DNA from: an uncultured Desulfatitalea sp.
Lineage (GTDB): Bacteria > Desulfobacterota > Desulfobacteria > Desulfobacterales > Desulfosarcinaceae
Reading direction: 5' to 3'
Length of the DNA: 64,000 nucleotides
Assembly: GCA_963668675.2 (NCBI GenBank)
Contig: CAXXMB010000002.1
Coordinates: 2,848,001-2,912,000 of the forward strand
Shown: piece by piece, positions 38,740-49,872 of the stretch
Layout: the number at the start of each line of letters is the position of its first letter
Numbering within the stretch: position 1 is the first letter of the stretch
The notes under the pieces: model-generated
The model's database searches: none
Told to the model about the DNA's origin: nothing
Seen by the model: only the letters and a program-made list of their open reading frames with translations
Program-made: the position numbers and the translations under genes

Positions 38740-39954
38740 ATGGTAAAAGATAATGATGTTGTAATCGTAAGCGCCGTAAGAACGCCATTTGACAAATTTG
38801 GTGGTGTTTTAAAGGAGTGGCCGAGCATAGAATTGGGGGCTGCGGTTATTAAGGAGGTAATCGAACGGGTAAATTTGAATGGTAGTGAAGTGGAAGAGGT
38901 TTTCTATGGCACCTGCCTCCCGGCCGAAACAGCCATGGAAACTAATATACCTGCGAGGTTAGCAATATTAAAAGCAGGCCTCCCTCCGGAGACGCGTTCG
39001 CTCACAATCGATCGGGCCTGTTGCTCATCACTCACTGCCGTGAGTCTATGTTTTGAAGCAATAAAATCTGGTCGTGCTAAAGTTTGTTTGGCGGCTGGTG
39101 CCGAAAATATGAGTCGCGCTTCATTGTTAATTCCATCGACTTCACGCTGGGGAACGCGAATTGGTCATATGAAAGCTGTAGATGTGTTATTTCAACTTGG
39201 TTATCGAGATTATAATCCAGTTAGTGTTGACGCTGGTGAGGTCGCGGTTGAAATGGGAGTAAATAGAGAGGAGCAGGATAACTGGGCTTATCAGAGTCAA
39301 CAACGTTACGCGCGAGCCTTTGAGGAAGGAAAATTCAAGGTGGGTGAAGAGTTGATGAGCCTGACCTTGCCTTCCAAAAAGGGCACCATACTTTTTGATA
39401 CTGATTCCGGGGTTAGACCGAATACAACTATCGAGAAGTTGGAATCTCTCAAACCGGTTTATGGTAGCCCTACAGTGACAGCTGGGAATGCCCCGGGTCT
39501 AAGTTCCGGGGCAGCGGCAATTTTGATTATGAGTGGGGCTAAGGCTAAAGATTTAAACCTTAAACCAATGGCTACAATTGTGTCCGGGAGCGGAGTAGCC
39601 GGACCAGCTAGAGAAATCGCTAAAATACCGGCTGCTGCCATTAAGAAGGCATTAGACGATGCGAATCTTAGGCTTGATGATTTAAAACTTATCGAAATAA
39701 ATGAGGCCTTTGCTGCAATGCCATTAGTGGCAAGTAAAATCATGGCAAATGGAAATAATAAAAAACTTCAAGATTTGAGAAAAAGAATCAATGTAAATGG
39801 TGGTGCTATTGCTATTGGACATCCCGTTGGTGCTTCAGGTGCACGAATTCTTATGACGCTAATGTTTGAGCTTCGGCGAAAGGGGGGGGGATTGGGTGCA
39901 GCAACCATATGCGGAGGACTTTGTCAGGGTGAAGCAACCACAATACAAGTATAG
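38740..39954 (+). CDS. Acetyl-CoA C-acyltransferase (thiolase)
   Basis: SAVRTPF, DRACCSS, TVTAGNA, EINEAFA, NGGAIAIGHPVGASG and ICGG. Confidence 0.95.
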   Translation: MVKDNDVVIVSAVRTPFDKFGGVLKEWPSIELGAAVIKEVIERVNLNGSEVEEVFYGTCLPAETAMETNIPARLAILKAGLPPETRSLTIDRACCSSLTAVSLCFEAIKSGRAKVCLAAGAENMSRASLLIPSTSRWGTRIGHMKAVDVLFQLGYRDYNPVSVDAGEVAVEMGVNREEQDNWAYQSQQRYARAFEEGKFKVGEELMSLTLPSKKGTILFDTDSGVRPNTTIEKLESLKPVYGSPTVTAGNAPGLSSGAAAILIMSGAKAKDLNLKPMATIVSGSGVAGPAREIAKIPAAAIKKALDDANLRLDDLKLIEINEAFAAMPLVASKIMANGNNKKLQDLRKRINVNGGAIAIGHPVGASGARILMTLMFELRRKGGGLGAATICGGLCQGEATTIQV

Positions 39955-40067
39955 AAATTTAAAACAACTTCTTACAATTGTGGGTTTCCGCTGATAAAAA
40001 ACCAATGGTATCAAAAAACATGGTTAATATAGGTAGTATGACCGGATCATTTTTGATGGAGGTTCAA

Positions 40068-41204
40068 ATGGATTTTGAGATAGATAGGGAAGTGCGAATG
40101 ATTCAGAAATCAATTGCTGAATTTTCAAAAAAAGAGCTTGCACCCTATGCCGCTGGGATAGATGAGACTCATACTTTTCCTCGAAAAGCATGGGAAAAAC
40201 TCAGTAAACTTTCCTGCATGGGCCTGCTAACCGATGAACACTATGGGGGGATGGGGTATGGCTATGACGCCATGGTTGCCGTGATGGAAGAATTGGGGAA
40301 GGGGTGCGTTGCCACAGCAGGAACGTATTCCGTTCATCTCACAACTCAGTATATGATACAAAAATATGGATCAGAGGAACTTAAAAAAAGGTTTCTTCCT
40401 AAAATGACATCTGGAGAAAAAATCGGAGCTATCTCCATAAGTGAGCCACAAGCAGGTTCCGATGTTTCAGCTTTGAGCGCAACGGCTGAAATAAATGGTA
40501 GTAACTATTTAATAAATGGAACGAAAATTTTTGTTACCACTGCTGGAGAAGCCGATATCTATCTGGTCATGGTGAAAACTAAATCTAAAGATAAACATAA
40601 AGGTATTTCTGCTATTATCGTGGAAAAGGGTACCGAAGGTTTTGCTTTTGGTAAGCTCGAAAATAAAATGGGGTACTGCGGTTCTCCTACTGGAGAACTG
40701 ATTTTTAAGAATTGCGTAGTTCCAAAAAACAACCTGATCGGTGAAGAGGGACGAGCTTTTCCAATGCTAATGGATACACTTGATCGTGGAAGAATATCGG
40801 TGGGGGCCACCGCGCTTGGTATTGCCCAAGCAGCATACGAAACCGCTCTCAAGCATACAAAAGAACGCCATCAGTTCGGAAGCGCACTATGCAAATTTCA
40901 AGGCATCCAATGGATGCTGGCCGAAATGGCCACAAAGATATCAGCTTCACGGCTTCTTCTATATAAGGCTGCAGATTTTGCCAATAAAAAAAAACCATTT
41001 ATCAAAGAGGCCTCCATGGCCAAATGGTTTGCGACTGATTCGGCCATGTACGTGACTACTGAAGCAGTCCAGCTTTTTGGTGGTTACGGTTATACCAAGG
41101 ATTATCCAGTTGAAAGGTATATGCGTGAAGCTAAAATATTTCAAATTGTGGAAGGAACTAATCAAATTCAAAGAAATATTATCGCAAAACAATTATTAAA
41201 GTAG
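40068..41204 (+). CDS. Acyl-CoA dehydrogenase (short/branched-chain type)
   Basis: [29 protein letters not shown] and [10 protein letters not shown]. The ATG at 40068 follows GGAGG. Confidence 0.94.
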   Translation: MDFEIDREVRMIQKSIAEFSKKELAPYAAGIDETHTFPRKAWEKLSKLSCMGLLTDEHYGGMGYGYDAMVAVMEELGKGCVATAGTYSVHLTTQYMIQKYGSEELKKRFLPKMTSGEKIGAISISEPQAGSDVSALSATAEINGSNYLINGTKIFVTTAGEADIYLVMVKTKSKDKHKGISAIIVEKGTEGFAFGKLENKMGYCGSPTGELIFKNCVVPKNNLIGEEGRAFPMLMDTLDRGRISVGATALGIAQAAYETALKHTKERHQFGSALCKFQGIQWMLAEMATKISASRLLLYKAADFANKKKPFIKEASMAKWFATDSAMYVTTEAVQLFGGYGYTKDYPVERYMREAKIFQIVEGTNQIQRNIIAKQLLK

Positions 41205-41341
41205 CAAGACTTATCTACTTATTAGGTAAATATAAAAAATAATTAGTATGTGTCAAAATTTCCTGTTTAGTAAAAGAAACTATAATTATATCTTTGACAA
41301 AGCACATTTGAACCCGCTAACGCTATCAATGGAGGCATAGA

Positions 41342-43021
41342 ATGACATACTCAATCATTGACGGGTGCCCATCAACATCGGGAGACGATTATCCATTAAA
41401 TACATCCACTATAATAAAAAGTGCTGCCAGAACTTATCCAGAAGTAGAAATAGTGTCGCGTAATGACAACGATACAATTTTTCGCTACAATTACAAACAG
41501 GCATACGAAAGGATAAAGAAACTTGCTAATGCGTTAGTTGAAATGGGAGTAAAGCCAGGGGATCGGATTGGGGTCATAGAATGGAATACCTACCGGCATT
41601 TTGAATTGTATTTTGCAATCTCAGGAATCGGCGCTGTCGTTCTCCAACTAAACATAAGACTTTCACCAACAGATTTAGCTTATGTGATAAACCATAGTGA
41701 GGCCAAGTTTATCTTTGTTGGCGAAACGCTCTTGCAGACAGTCGAAGCTGTATCTAATCAAATCAAAACAGTCAAAGGCTATGTGATAATTACCGATAAA
41801 GATTTAAATGAAATTCCAACAAGTCTTTACCCTATTATGAGTTATGAAAGAATTTTAGAACAAAATGACTCAACTCTTGAATGGCCTATGATTAATGAAA
41901 CCTCGAGTTATAGTGCCTGTTATACTTCTGGGACAACTGGAAAGCCAAAGGGAGTATACTACTCACATCGATGCATCTATCTCCATACAATGGTAATGAT
42001 TATGGGTAATAAGATCTGCTTGAATGATGTAATTATGCAGACAGTTCCCATGTTTCATTGCCATGGTTGGGGTATTTGGTTGAGCGCTCCCATGGTAGGC
42101 GCAAAAATAGTCTTTCCGGGACGATACACCATGGAAACCACAAACATTATAGTTGATCTCATGATTTCTGAAAAGGTTACATTTAACGGAGGTGCGCCGT
42201 CCATTTTTATGCCGATGCTAGACTATATACGCACCCTACCAAAAAAGCCCAACTTTTCAGGACTTCGTATGGTCTCTGGTGCAACAGAAGCTCCGTTGTC
42301 GATGATGCGGGATTATTGGGACTTAGGAAACGTCGAAATTGTTCATGGCTATGGAGCTACGGAGACTACGCCCTTCGTACTTGTAAACTATCTTAAACCA
42401 ACTATTAAGGGGTGGACCCAGGAGAAACAATGGAATAACCAAAAAAAACAAGGCCTTCCATTATGCGGACTCGATCTGAAAATAGTTGACGCAGACGGTA
42501 ATGAGGTACCAAAAGACGGAATCACCGTTGGTGAGCTACTTATCAGAGGACCATGGATTACAAAAAGCTATTACAATGATGATCGAACTAATGAATGTTT
42601 TGAAAATGGTTACTGGAAAAGCGGTGATTCTGGAACAGTTGATGAACACGGCTATGTAAAGATTACTGACAGAATTAAGGATGTGATCAAAAGCGGTGGA
42701 GAATGGATTTCATCTATTGATCTTGAGAACGCGATTATGTGTCACAAGGATGTAAAAGAAGCTTGCGTTGTTGGCCTCATCCACCCCAAATGGCAAGAAC
42801 GTCCAGTCGCATTTGTCGTTCTCCGGAATAATACAATTAAAAATGTGACCAAAAAAGATATTTTGAGTTATATAGGAAGTCAGTTCGCCAAATGGCAACT
42901 TCCTGACGAAGTACTATTTGTTGATGAATTACCAAAGACGAGCGTAGGAAAACTGGATAAAAAAGTTCTTCGTGCAAAATTCAATGACTTTTTTTTGAAT
43001 AAAACCCCTGTAACATTGTGA
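41342..43021 (+). CDS. Acyl-CoA synthetase (AlkK/DmdB-like fatty-acid--CoA ligase)
   Basis: YTSGTTGKPKG, PMFHCHGWG, GYGATET, DRIKDVIKSGGEWISS and PKTSVGK. Confidence 0.93.
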   Translation: MTYSIIDGCPSTSGDDYPLNTSTIIKSAARTYPEVEIVSRNDNDTIFRYNYKQAYERIKKLANALVEMGVKPGDRIGVIEWNTYRHFELYFAISGIGAVVLQLNIRLSPTDLAYVINHSEAKFIFVGETLLQTVEAVSNQIKTVKGYVIITDKDLNEIPTSLYPIMSYERILEQNDSTLEWPMINETSSYSACYTSGTTGKPKGVYYSHRCIYLHTMVMIMGNKICLNDVIMQTVPMFHCHGWGIWLSAPMVGAKIVFPGRYTMETTNIIVDLMISEKVTFNGGAPSIFMPMLDYIRTLPKKPNFSGLRMVSGATEAPLSMMRDYWDLGNVEIVHGYGATETTPFVLVNYLKPTIKGWTQEKQWNNQKKQGLPLCGLDLKIVDADGNEVPKDGITVGELLIRGPWITKSYYNDDRTNECFENGYWKSGDSGTVDEHGYVKITDRIKDVIKSGGEWISSIDLENAIMCHKDVKEACVVGLIHPKWQERPVAFVVLRNNTIKNVTKKDILSYIGSQFAKWQLPDEVLFVDELPKTSVGKLDKKVLRAKFNDFFLNKTPVTL

Positions 43022-43083
43022 TGTGTGATGAATCATTAAAAATCTTCCAAAACGGAAAATGTCGAGCTTAAAGGATATTAAAA

Positions 43084-43938
43084 ATGAATATCATCAAAGT
43101 AGCTGTCATTGGATCAGGTATAATGGGTAATGGTATCGCACAGGTTTTTGCGACCGGTGGATATCAAGTGACCTTAAATGATGTAAACCAAGATATGTTA
43201 GGTAGAGCACAGAAGAACATAAAAGGTAGCCTGGAAAGGTTAATAAAAAAAGAAAAAATATCTGAAAAGGAAAGTAATATGATATTTAAAAGGCTATCTT
43301 TTACAAAGAATTTAGAAGTCGCAGTCAAAGACGCAGATTACATAATCGAGGCAATAACTGAAAATATTGAAACGAAACTTGAAACGTTTGAGAAAATTGA
43401 CCGATTATCTCCGCCACACGCGATAATAGGTAGCAATACTTCTCAATATAGTATAACTAAACTAGCAACCGTGACAAATAGAGCATCCCAAGTTATTGGG
43501 ACTCATTTTTTCAATCCACCTGTTATAATGAAGATTGTCGAAATTGTTAAAGGGATTCAAACGTCTGAAGACACTATCAACACAACACTTAAATTTGTAA
43601 TGAGTATCGAGAAAGAAGCAATTGTTTGTTTAGATTCCCCCGGTTTTATTACAAGCCGTTTAATAAACCTCTTTTGTAATGAGGCAGAAAAGATCGTTGA
43701 GGAAGGGATTGCCAGTCGTGAAGATGTGGATAAAGCATGCAGACTAGCTTTTAACCATCCTATGGGCCCTATGGAATTGAGTGATTTTTCTGGACTCGAT
43801 ACGAGGTTAATGGCATCAAAAGGTTTAGAAGAAGGGATCGGTGAACGTTTCAAGCCTACAAGGACTTTGAGGAATTATGTAAACGCAGGTCACCTTGGAA
43901 GAAAAAGTGGAAAAGGTTTTTATTCCTATGAGAAATAA
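43084..43938 (+). CDS. 3-hydroxyacyl-CoA dehydrogenase
   Basis: GSGIMGNGIA, IEAITE, SNTS, HFFNP, PGFITSR, HPMGP and LGRKSGKGFY. Confidence 0.94.
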   Translation: MNIIKVAVIGSGIMGNGIAQVFATGGYQVTLNDVNQDMLGRAQKNIKGSLERLIKKEKISEKESNMIFKRLSFTKNLEVAVKDADYIIEAITENIETKLETFEKIDRLSPPHAIIGSNTSQYSITKLATVTNRASQVIGTHFFNPPVIMKIVEIVKGIQTSEDTINTTLKFVMSIEKEAIVCLDSPGFITSRLINLFCNEAEKIVEEGIASREDVDKACRLAFNHPMGPMELSDFSGLDTRLMASKGLEEGIGERFKPTRTLRNYVNAGHLGRKSGKGFYSYEK

Positions 43939-43974
43939 ATAATTAAGTAATTAGCTAAGAAATAGGAAAATCTT

Positions 43975-44835
43975 ATGCTTATAAGCCAGATAATATTACT
44001 CGGGTTATTCAAAGGCAGCGTTTATTCACTCATTGCAATTGGTTTTACCTTGATTTTTGGCGTTGCCAGAATACTCAACTTAGGGCATGGTACATTCTAT
44101 ATGTTGGGAGCATATTTCACATACAGCTTGGCAATCAATTTTCATCTATCCCCATTAAACAGTCTAATTGCAAGTTGTTTGCTTGTAGGTTCTATTGGCA
44201 TGGGGTTTTATTATTTCATCATAAGGAAACTACAATCTAATGAATCATACGTTTTGGTGATTACCTTAGCATTTGCACTATTAGGACAGTATGCAATTTT
44301 CGCAGTTTATGGCAGTAAAGCTCGTCATGTCAGCAGTTTTTTATTAGGTAGTATCAATTTATTCGGAGTTAATTTTGCCTATCAGAGGTTATTTATTTTA
44401 CTTGTATTCTTAATAGCTACTGCAGCAGTATTGTTATTTTTAAAAGCTACCTCATTCGGAAAAGCAATCCGGGCACTGGCCCAAAATGAAAACGCTGCGA
44501 TTTTGATGGGAATTGATCCCCCTAAAATGTTTACTGCTACATTTGGTATAGCTTCATTTTTAGCTGCACTTGCTGGAGGAATTATATCACCTATATGGAG
44601 CGTTGATCCCACTATGTGGTTCTTTCCGCTTATTAAGGCTTTTTCTATTGTTGTATTAGGAGGACTTGGAAGTATACCTGGTAGTATAATAGGTGCGTTT
44701 ACCTTGGGATATGCAGAAACAATAACTAGCCTAGTTATTAGCGATTATTTATCGAATATGGTATCCCTAGTTATTTTGATAATTGTGCTTTTAGTTAAAC
44801 CAACCGGAATAATGGGCGGGACACTTAGAAGGTGA
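43975..44835 (+). CDS. livH: Liv-type ABC transporter permease
   Basis: GFTLIFGVARILNLGHG, FGKAIRA and VVLGGLGSIPG. Confidence 0.9.
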   Translation: MLISQIILLGLFKGSVYSLIAIGFTLIFGVARILNLGHGTFYMLGAYFTYSLAINFHLSPLNSLIASCLLVGSIGMGFYYFIIRKLQSNESYVLVITLAFALLGQYAIFAVYGSKARHVSSFLLGSINLFGVNFAYQRLFILLVFLIATAAVLLFLKATSFGKAIRALAQNENAAILMGIDPPKMFTATFGIASFLAALAGGIISPIWSVDPTMWFFPLIKAFSIVVLGGLGSIPGSIIGAFTLGYAETITSLVISDYLSNMVSLVILIIVLLVKPTGIMGGTLRR

Positions 44836-45803
44836 TTAAGGAGATTATTTTGTACGAAAAATGCCCCTTCTCAGCTTTGTTTCTATTTATAGTCTTATTG
44901 TCGCTACCTTTTTTTACAGGTAGTTATTATATTTGGCAGATAATCACGATAGCCAGTATTTATTCAGTCTGGGCTATGAGTTGGGATATCTTTTCAGGCT
45001 ATACAGGACAAATAAGCTTCGGTCACGCTTTTTTTATAGGAGTAGGTGGTTTTCTTTCTGCGATTATAAATAAAAGGTTTGGGATCGATCCATGGTTTAC
45101 TATTTTAATGGGAACTTTTGTTTCAGGCTTCTTAGGACTTATCGTCGGAATACTTACTCTAAGGTTGCGGGGACCATATTTTGCGATGATTACTTTGGCT
45201 CTGAATCTCTTTATTAGCCAATTAGCACTGATACTATGGAAATTTACAGGTGGTGAAGAGGGCATTCCAGGTCTTGATGTACTAACCGAATCTCCCTTGA
45301 ATGACTATTATGCGGCTTTGATTTTATGTATCGCATCTTATCTATTTCTTACATTGATAACCAGGTCTAAACACGGGACAATTTTAATTTCTATTCGGGA
45401 AAACTTGGATGTGGCTGAAGCTTGTGGTATAAATACTACTTTATACAAGGTCATAGCGTTTGGTATAAGTGCCAGCATGGCAGGCGCTGCCGGCGGATTT
45501 CACGTCCATTTGCAAATGCATGCAAGCTACGATTTACTTCAGGTAATGCTTTCTTCGATGATTCTTATCATGTGCTTGTTTGGAGGGATAGGATCTATCA
45601 CTGGGCCTCTTTTCGGTGCTTATAGCATATTTTTGTTAAACGAGATGCTTAGAGAATTTTCAGAGTACCGCATGCTAATTTTTACATTAATATTATTTTT
45701 TACTATTCTGTATATTCCCAATGGTATATTTATTACCTTAAAACAAAATTTTGAAAGAGTCTGGGAAGAATATAAAGTAAAAAAATTGCAACCGCCTGCC
45801 TAA
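44832..45803 (+). CDS. livM: Liv-type ABC transporter permease
   Basis: GYTGQISFGHA, LRLRGPYFAMITL, TGGEEG and GGIGSITGP. Confidence 0.9.
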   Translation: MIKEIILYEKCPFSALFLFIVLLSLPFFTGSYYIWQIITIASIYSVWAMSWDIFSGYTGQISFGHAFFIGVGGFLSAIINKRFGIDPWFTILMGTFVSGFLGLIVGILTLRLRGPYFAMITLALNLFISQLALILWKFTGGEEGIPGLDVLTESPLNDYYAALILCIASYLFLTLITRSKHGTILISIRENLDVAEACGINTTLYKVIAFGISASMAGAAGGFHVHLQMHASYDLLQVMLSSMILIMCLFGGIGSITGPLFGAYSIFLLNEMLREFSEYRMLIFTLILFFTILYIPNGIFITLKQNFERVWEEYKVKKLQPPA

Positions 45804-45830
45804 CCCACTATTTTTATAATAGGTATTTAA

Positions 45831-46568
45831 ATGGTAGATTTTATTTTAAAGACTTTAGATTTAAGTAAAAATTTCGGAGGTATTACTGCAATTAATAATG
45901 CAAATGTAGAAATCCCTTACAAAGGAGTAACCGGTATAATCGGCCCAAACGGTGCTGGTAAAACCACTTTTTTTAACCTTCTTTCCGGGTTTTTGAGGCC
46001 AACTTCTGGAAAGATTATTTTTGAAAATAGGGATATTACAAATTTAAAACCTCACAAGATCGCCCGCGCGGGCTTATCTAGAAGTTTTCAAATTGCAAAT
46101 CTATTTCCGAACATGACTATCGAGGAAACGGTTTTAATCCCTTTACTAAGTTCTTCTAATGCAAACTATAAATCCATCAAAGCTTTAAGAAAAAGAACAT
46201 ACCATTTATTGCAGTCTATAGAATTAGAGCAGAGAAAAAACACTTTGGTCAAAGATTTAACACAAGGTGAATTAAAGATCCTTGATCTTATTCGAGCTGT
46301 GAGCAGTGAACCGAAATTATTACTTTTAGATGAACCATTTGCGGGACTTGGACATCAAACTATCATTCAATTGACAAAAATCATCGCGGAATTAAGAAAA
46401 AAAACTACGGTAATCATAATAGAGCACAAGCTTAGGGAACTTCTAAATCTTGTGGACAGGATAATAGTTGTTAATTTTGGCGTTATAATTGCTGATGATT
46501 TGCCAGAGCAGATAATTAAAAATCAGGATGTAATCGATTCATATCTTGGAAAAGAGGAATTAAAATAA
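45831..46568 (+). CDS. livG: Liv-type ABC transporter ATP-binding protein
   Basis: FGGITA, GPNGAGKTT, RSFQ, LLLDEP and IEH. Confidence 0.9.
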   Translation: MVDFILKTLDLSKNFGGITAINNANVEIPYKGVTGIIGPNGAGKTTFFNLLSGFLRPTSGKIIFENRDITNLKPHKIARAGLSRSFQIANLFPNMTIEETVLIPLLSSSNANYKSIKALRKRTYHLLQSIELEQRKNTLVKDLTQGELKILDLIRAVSSEPKLLLLDEPFAGLGHQTIIQLTKIIAELRKKTTVIIIEHKLRELLNLVDRIIVVNFGVIIADDLPEQIIKNQDVIDSYLGKEELK

Positions 46569-46571
46569 AAA

Positions 46572-47282
46572 ATGCTTAAAATCGAGAAGCTAGAATCATA
46601 TATAGGAAAAGCGCAAATACTACACATGGTTGATATGGAAGTTGCAAATAATGAAATTGTATGTGTTATAGGTCCTAACGGCGCTGGGAAGACAACTTTA
46701 TTAAATACGATTTCTGGATTAGTAAAGTTTTCTGGGAATATTTCCTTTATGAATAAAAATATGAACAATCAAAAACCTAAGGAAATTGTTAAGTCTGGAA
46801 TAATACATTGTCCTGAAGGAAGGCTCTTGTTCCCTGAAATGACTGTTTTAGAAAATCTACAAATGGGAGCATTTTTGAGAAAAGACGAACAACAGATAAA
46901 AAATGATTTACAAATGGTCTATAGGCTATTCCCCAGATTACAAGAGAGAACAAATCAAACTGCATCTACCTTATCTGGTGGAGAGCAGCAAATGTTAGCA
47001 ATAGCCAGATCTTTAATGGGAAAGCCACGACTCTTAATGCTTGATGAGCCCAGCTTCGGTCTAGCACCAGTGGTAAGAAATAATATTTTCGAAGCAATAC
47101 GTAAAATAGTAGATGAAAATGAAATTACGGTTCTATTAGTTGAGCAAAATGTTCATGCTGCAGCAGAAATAGCAAAAAGATTTTATGTTCTTGAGGTTGG
47201 TGAAATAAAATTTCAAGGTGACAAGAGAGAACTTTTACAAAATCATGACTTGGTCGAAGCCTATTTTGGAAAGGCCGCATAA
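46572..47282 (+). CDS. livF: Liv-type ABC transporter ATP-binding protein
   Basis: GPNGAGKTT, PEGR, LSGGEQQMLAIAR, LDEPSFGLAP and VEQN. Confidence 0.92.
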   Translation: MLKIEKLESYIGKAQILHMVDMEVANNEIVCVIGPNGAGKTTLLNTISGLVKFSGNISFMNKNMNNQKPKEIVKSGIIHCPEGRLLFPEMTVLENLQMGAFLRKDEQQIKNDLQMVYRLFPRLQERTNQTASTLSGGEQQMLAIARSLMGKPRLLMLDEPSFGLAPVVRNNIFEAIRKIVDENEITVLLVEQNVHAAAEIAKRFYVLEVGEIKFQGDKRELLQNHDLVEAYFGKAA

Positions 47283-47461
47283 TGAAAACGATACAAGGCC
47301 ATACGCTAAACCAAATATAAAATACTCTGCATTTTGGCTAAAATCAAACTGAATGCCTTTCCTAACGATATAAAGAGGCGTTAGTGCCTGCTGGACTGTT
47401 AAGAGGAAGAGTCTTAAATAAGTAGATAGAAAGTGTATAATTTATTCGTTTAGATAAAATT

Positions 47462-48591
47462 TATTAACCCGGAAACTTAATATACGAATCATGCTACGTA
47501 GGATATTTTTGTGTATTAGAAGTATTTCTCAACACGTTTCGGCTTTTCTCGAAGCATACGCAAATGCGCTATTGCCTTGCTTCTTAATTGCGATTCGGAC
47601 CTTGCAGGAGCACCAGAGTGTACCCCTGCTTTCAGGTCACAATTTAAATATTCATCGGGGTTAAGTTCCGGCGAATATAATGGGAAAAAGAACAGTTTTA
47701 TTTGACCTTCTCGCGCTTGAAACCAATCCTTAACGAAATGACTATGATGAACGCGCAAGTTGTCCAATATATGGTAAATCTTCTGACCAGCGTCCTTTAT
47801 CAACCGCTTGCAGAACTTGATAAACGTTTGGCCATTCATCGCTTTGGTATAGACCACAAAACGAACTTTACTTTGATTCGTGATCGAGGAGATCAAATTA
47901 ACCCTTTCACGTTTTGCATTAAGCCGGATGGCTGGGGTTTTTCCTTTCGGTGCATAGCTTCTACCATGCTGACTATCATTGCGCAGGCCCGTTTCATCCC
48001 CGCAGTGAATTTATGCTATTTCCTTCCTTGCCTCAGCCACAATCGTTGGATACTCTTCCTCAAGCCATTTTTTTACCGACTTAGGATTTTGTTCATATTC
48101 GCGACGCAATGGCTTCTGAGGGGTAAACCCCCATCGCTTGAGATATTCACCTACCGTTCTAATCGGAACTTCAACGCAAGAAATTTGCTTGTTCAGCTCT
48201 TTGACAGCTTGGCGGGTTCAAAGCGCAAAGGGAAATTTAAGCTGATTTGGCGTTTTATCGGTAATTGCCCGCTTCACCCGTTGTTCCTGTTCGGGGCTAA
48301 GCGTCCTGTTAATGCCTTCAGGACGTCAACATTTTTTACCTTTTACGGCTTTATAACCACCCTTTTCGTACTTTTTATATATACTGCAAGCTGTAGATTT
48401 TTGGATACCGATCAGATCACTTATTTCCTGATAGGTTTTTCCAGATTTACGCAATCTGATTACTTGATTTTGAATCAGCTGCTGTGCTTCTGTTGTCAGT
48501 GTGCGTGCATCTATTTTTTTCATGTACTCTCTATAACATTTTTAAAAGTATTTAACTATAATTATTCGCTTATCAAATTGCCGAGTCAATA
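47462..48591 (-). mobile_element. IS630-family element with an inactivated transposase
   Basis: Imperfect TIRs TATTAACCCGGAAACTTAAT / TATTGACTCGGCAATTTGAT with TA at both ends. The transposase starting at 48523 has at least three in-frame stops; GDETG, LDNLRVH and YSPELNPDE remain. Confidence 0.9.
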
Positions 48592-48639
48592 GCACTCGCG
48601 GTAAGGTCACAAAAACAATCAAAATGAATGGAGGCTAAA

Positions 48640-49872
48640 ATGTCGAACGTATCAGGTTTCAAGACAAAAACCATTTTTGCGAAATTTACAGTTGTGGCAA
48701 TTTTTGCATTACTATCGTCGCAAGCTCTTGCTGATGAAACCATAAAAATTGGAGTTCTAGCACCTTTTCATGCTGTTGCTGGCGAGGGGCAAATTGAGGC
48801 CTCGAAACTTGCGGTAGAAGAAATAAACGATAGAGGGGGCATAAACGGCAAAAAGATAGAACTTATCCTTGCTGACACTGAACTTAACGCTGAAAAAGCA
48901 ATTGCTGCGCTTAGTAAATTGGCAGTTTCTGATAAGGTCGTTGCTGCCGCAGGTATATATTCAAGTGGGGTCACAGCAGCTATTCAGCCATATTTGTCGC
49001 GTTTTAAGTTGCCTTTCATCGGGACAGCATCCGCATCACCTACTCTAACAGAGAATGTTTCTAAAGACTATGAAAAATTTAAATACTATTTTCGATTGAT
49101 GAATCATGCACATCGTGAGAATGCATTTGTTTTATCATTTATAGAAGATGTGCTTGTAAAAGACCACGGAATACAAAAATATGCTATTATTTCTGAACAA
49201 GCAAAATGGGCTGAGGATTTTATTCCCTGGATGGAAAAAAGACTCAAAGACAGAGGATTAGAGGTCGTTTACACAACTTATTTCGATATCCACACCAAAG
49301 ACTATTCTCCAATATTTAATCGTATAAAATCGAGTGGTGCAGAATTCATAATTAGCAACATAGCGATTGCTCCTGGCGAGGCCATATCAAAAGCCTGGTA
49401 CGAAGCGAAATCAGCACCTATGGGCGGAGCAAATGTTAGCGCAATGAGATCTGATTATTGGGAAAAGACACAAAGGCAATGTTTGACTGAAAGTACCTAC
49501 ATTTTGGGAGGTTTTAATATACCGATTTCATCCAGAACACAGCCATTTTGGGAAAAATATAAAGAGAGATACGGGAGAACTCCAGAGTATGCCGCATTTT
49601 ATACTTATGATGCAATTTACATACTCGCAGACTCGATAGGAAGGGCTACATCCCTCAAAGGCGATGATATTGTCAAGGCAATCGAAACTGTGAAAATTAC
49701 TGGAGCCACCGGTCTAATTGAATGGGACAAGAGCCACGATCCTATTGAGGGTGAAGGACGTCCGAAACCATACATGTTGCAATGGCAAGAACAAGGAATA
49801 CCTAAAATTATTTATCCGAAAGATATATCAACTGGCAACTTCATGTTTCCATCATGGTTTTCAAAAAAATAA
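48640..49872 (+). CDS. Liv-type ABC transporter substrate-binding protein
   Basis: Signal peptide (SQALA-D), IKIGVL, INDRGGINGKKIEL and YDAIY. The ATG at 48640 follows GGAGG. Confidence 0.9.
   Translation: MSNVSGFKTKTIFAKFTVVAIFALLSSQALADETIKIGVLAPFHAVAGEGQIEASKLAVEEINDRGGINGKKIELILADTELNAEKAIAALSKLAVSDKVVAAAGIYSSGVTAAIQPYLSRFKLPFIGTASASPTLTENVSKDYEKFKYYFRLMNHAHRENAFVLSFIEDVLVKDHGIQKYAIISEQAKWAEDFIPWMEKRLKDRGLEVVYTTYFDIHTKDYSPIFNRIKSSGAEFIISNIAIAPGEAISKAWYEAKSAPMGGANVSAMRSDYWEKTQRQCLTESTYILGGFNIPISSRTQPFWEKYKERYGRTPEYAAFYTYDAIYILADSIGRATSLKGDDIVKAIETVKITGATGLIEWDKSHDPIEGEGRPKPYMLQWQEQGIPKIIYPKDISTGNFMFPSWFSKK

Noticed and set aside
1498..48330. Alternative genetic code suggested by several in-frame TAG/TGA codons
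   Set aside because: They occur only in relics (mrr, csoR, IS630, IS1595), and intact genes end normally in TAA, TAG and TGA.
47702..48592. 296-aa plus-strand ORF
   Set aside because: It is the antisense shadow of the IS630 transposase and has no recognisable motifs.
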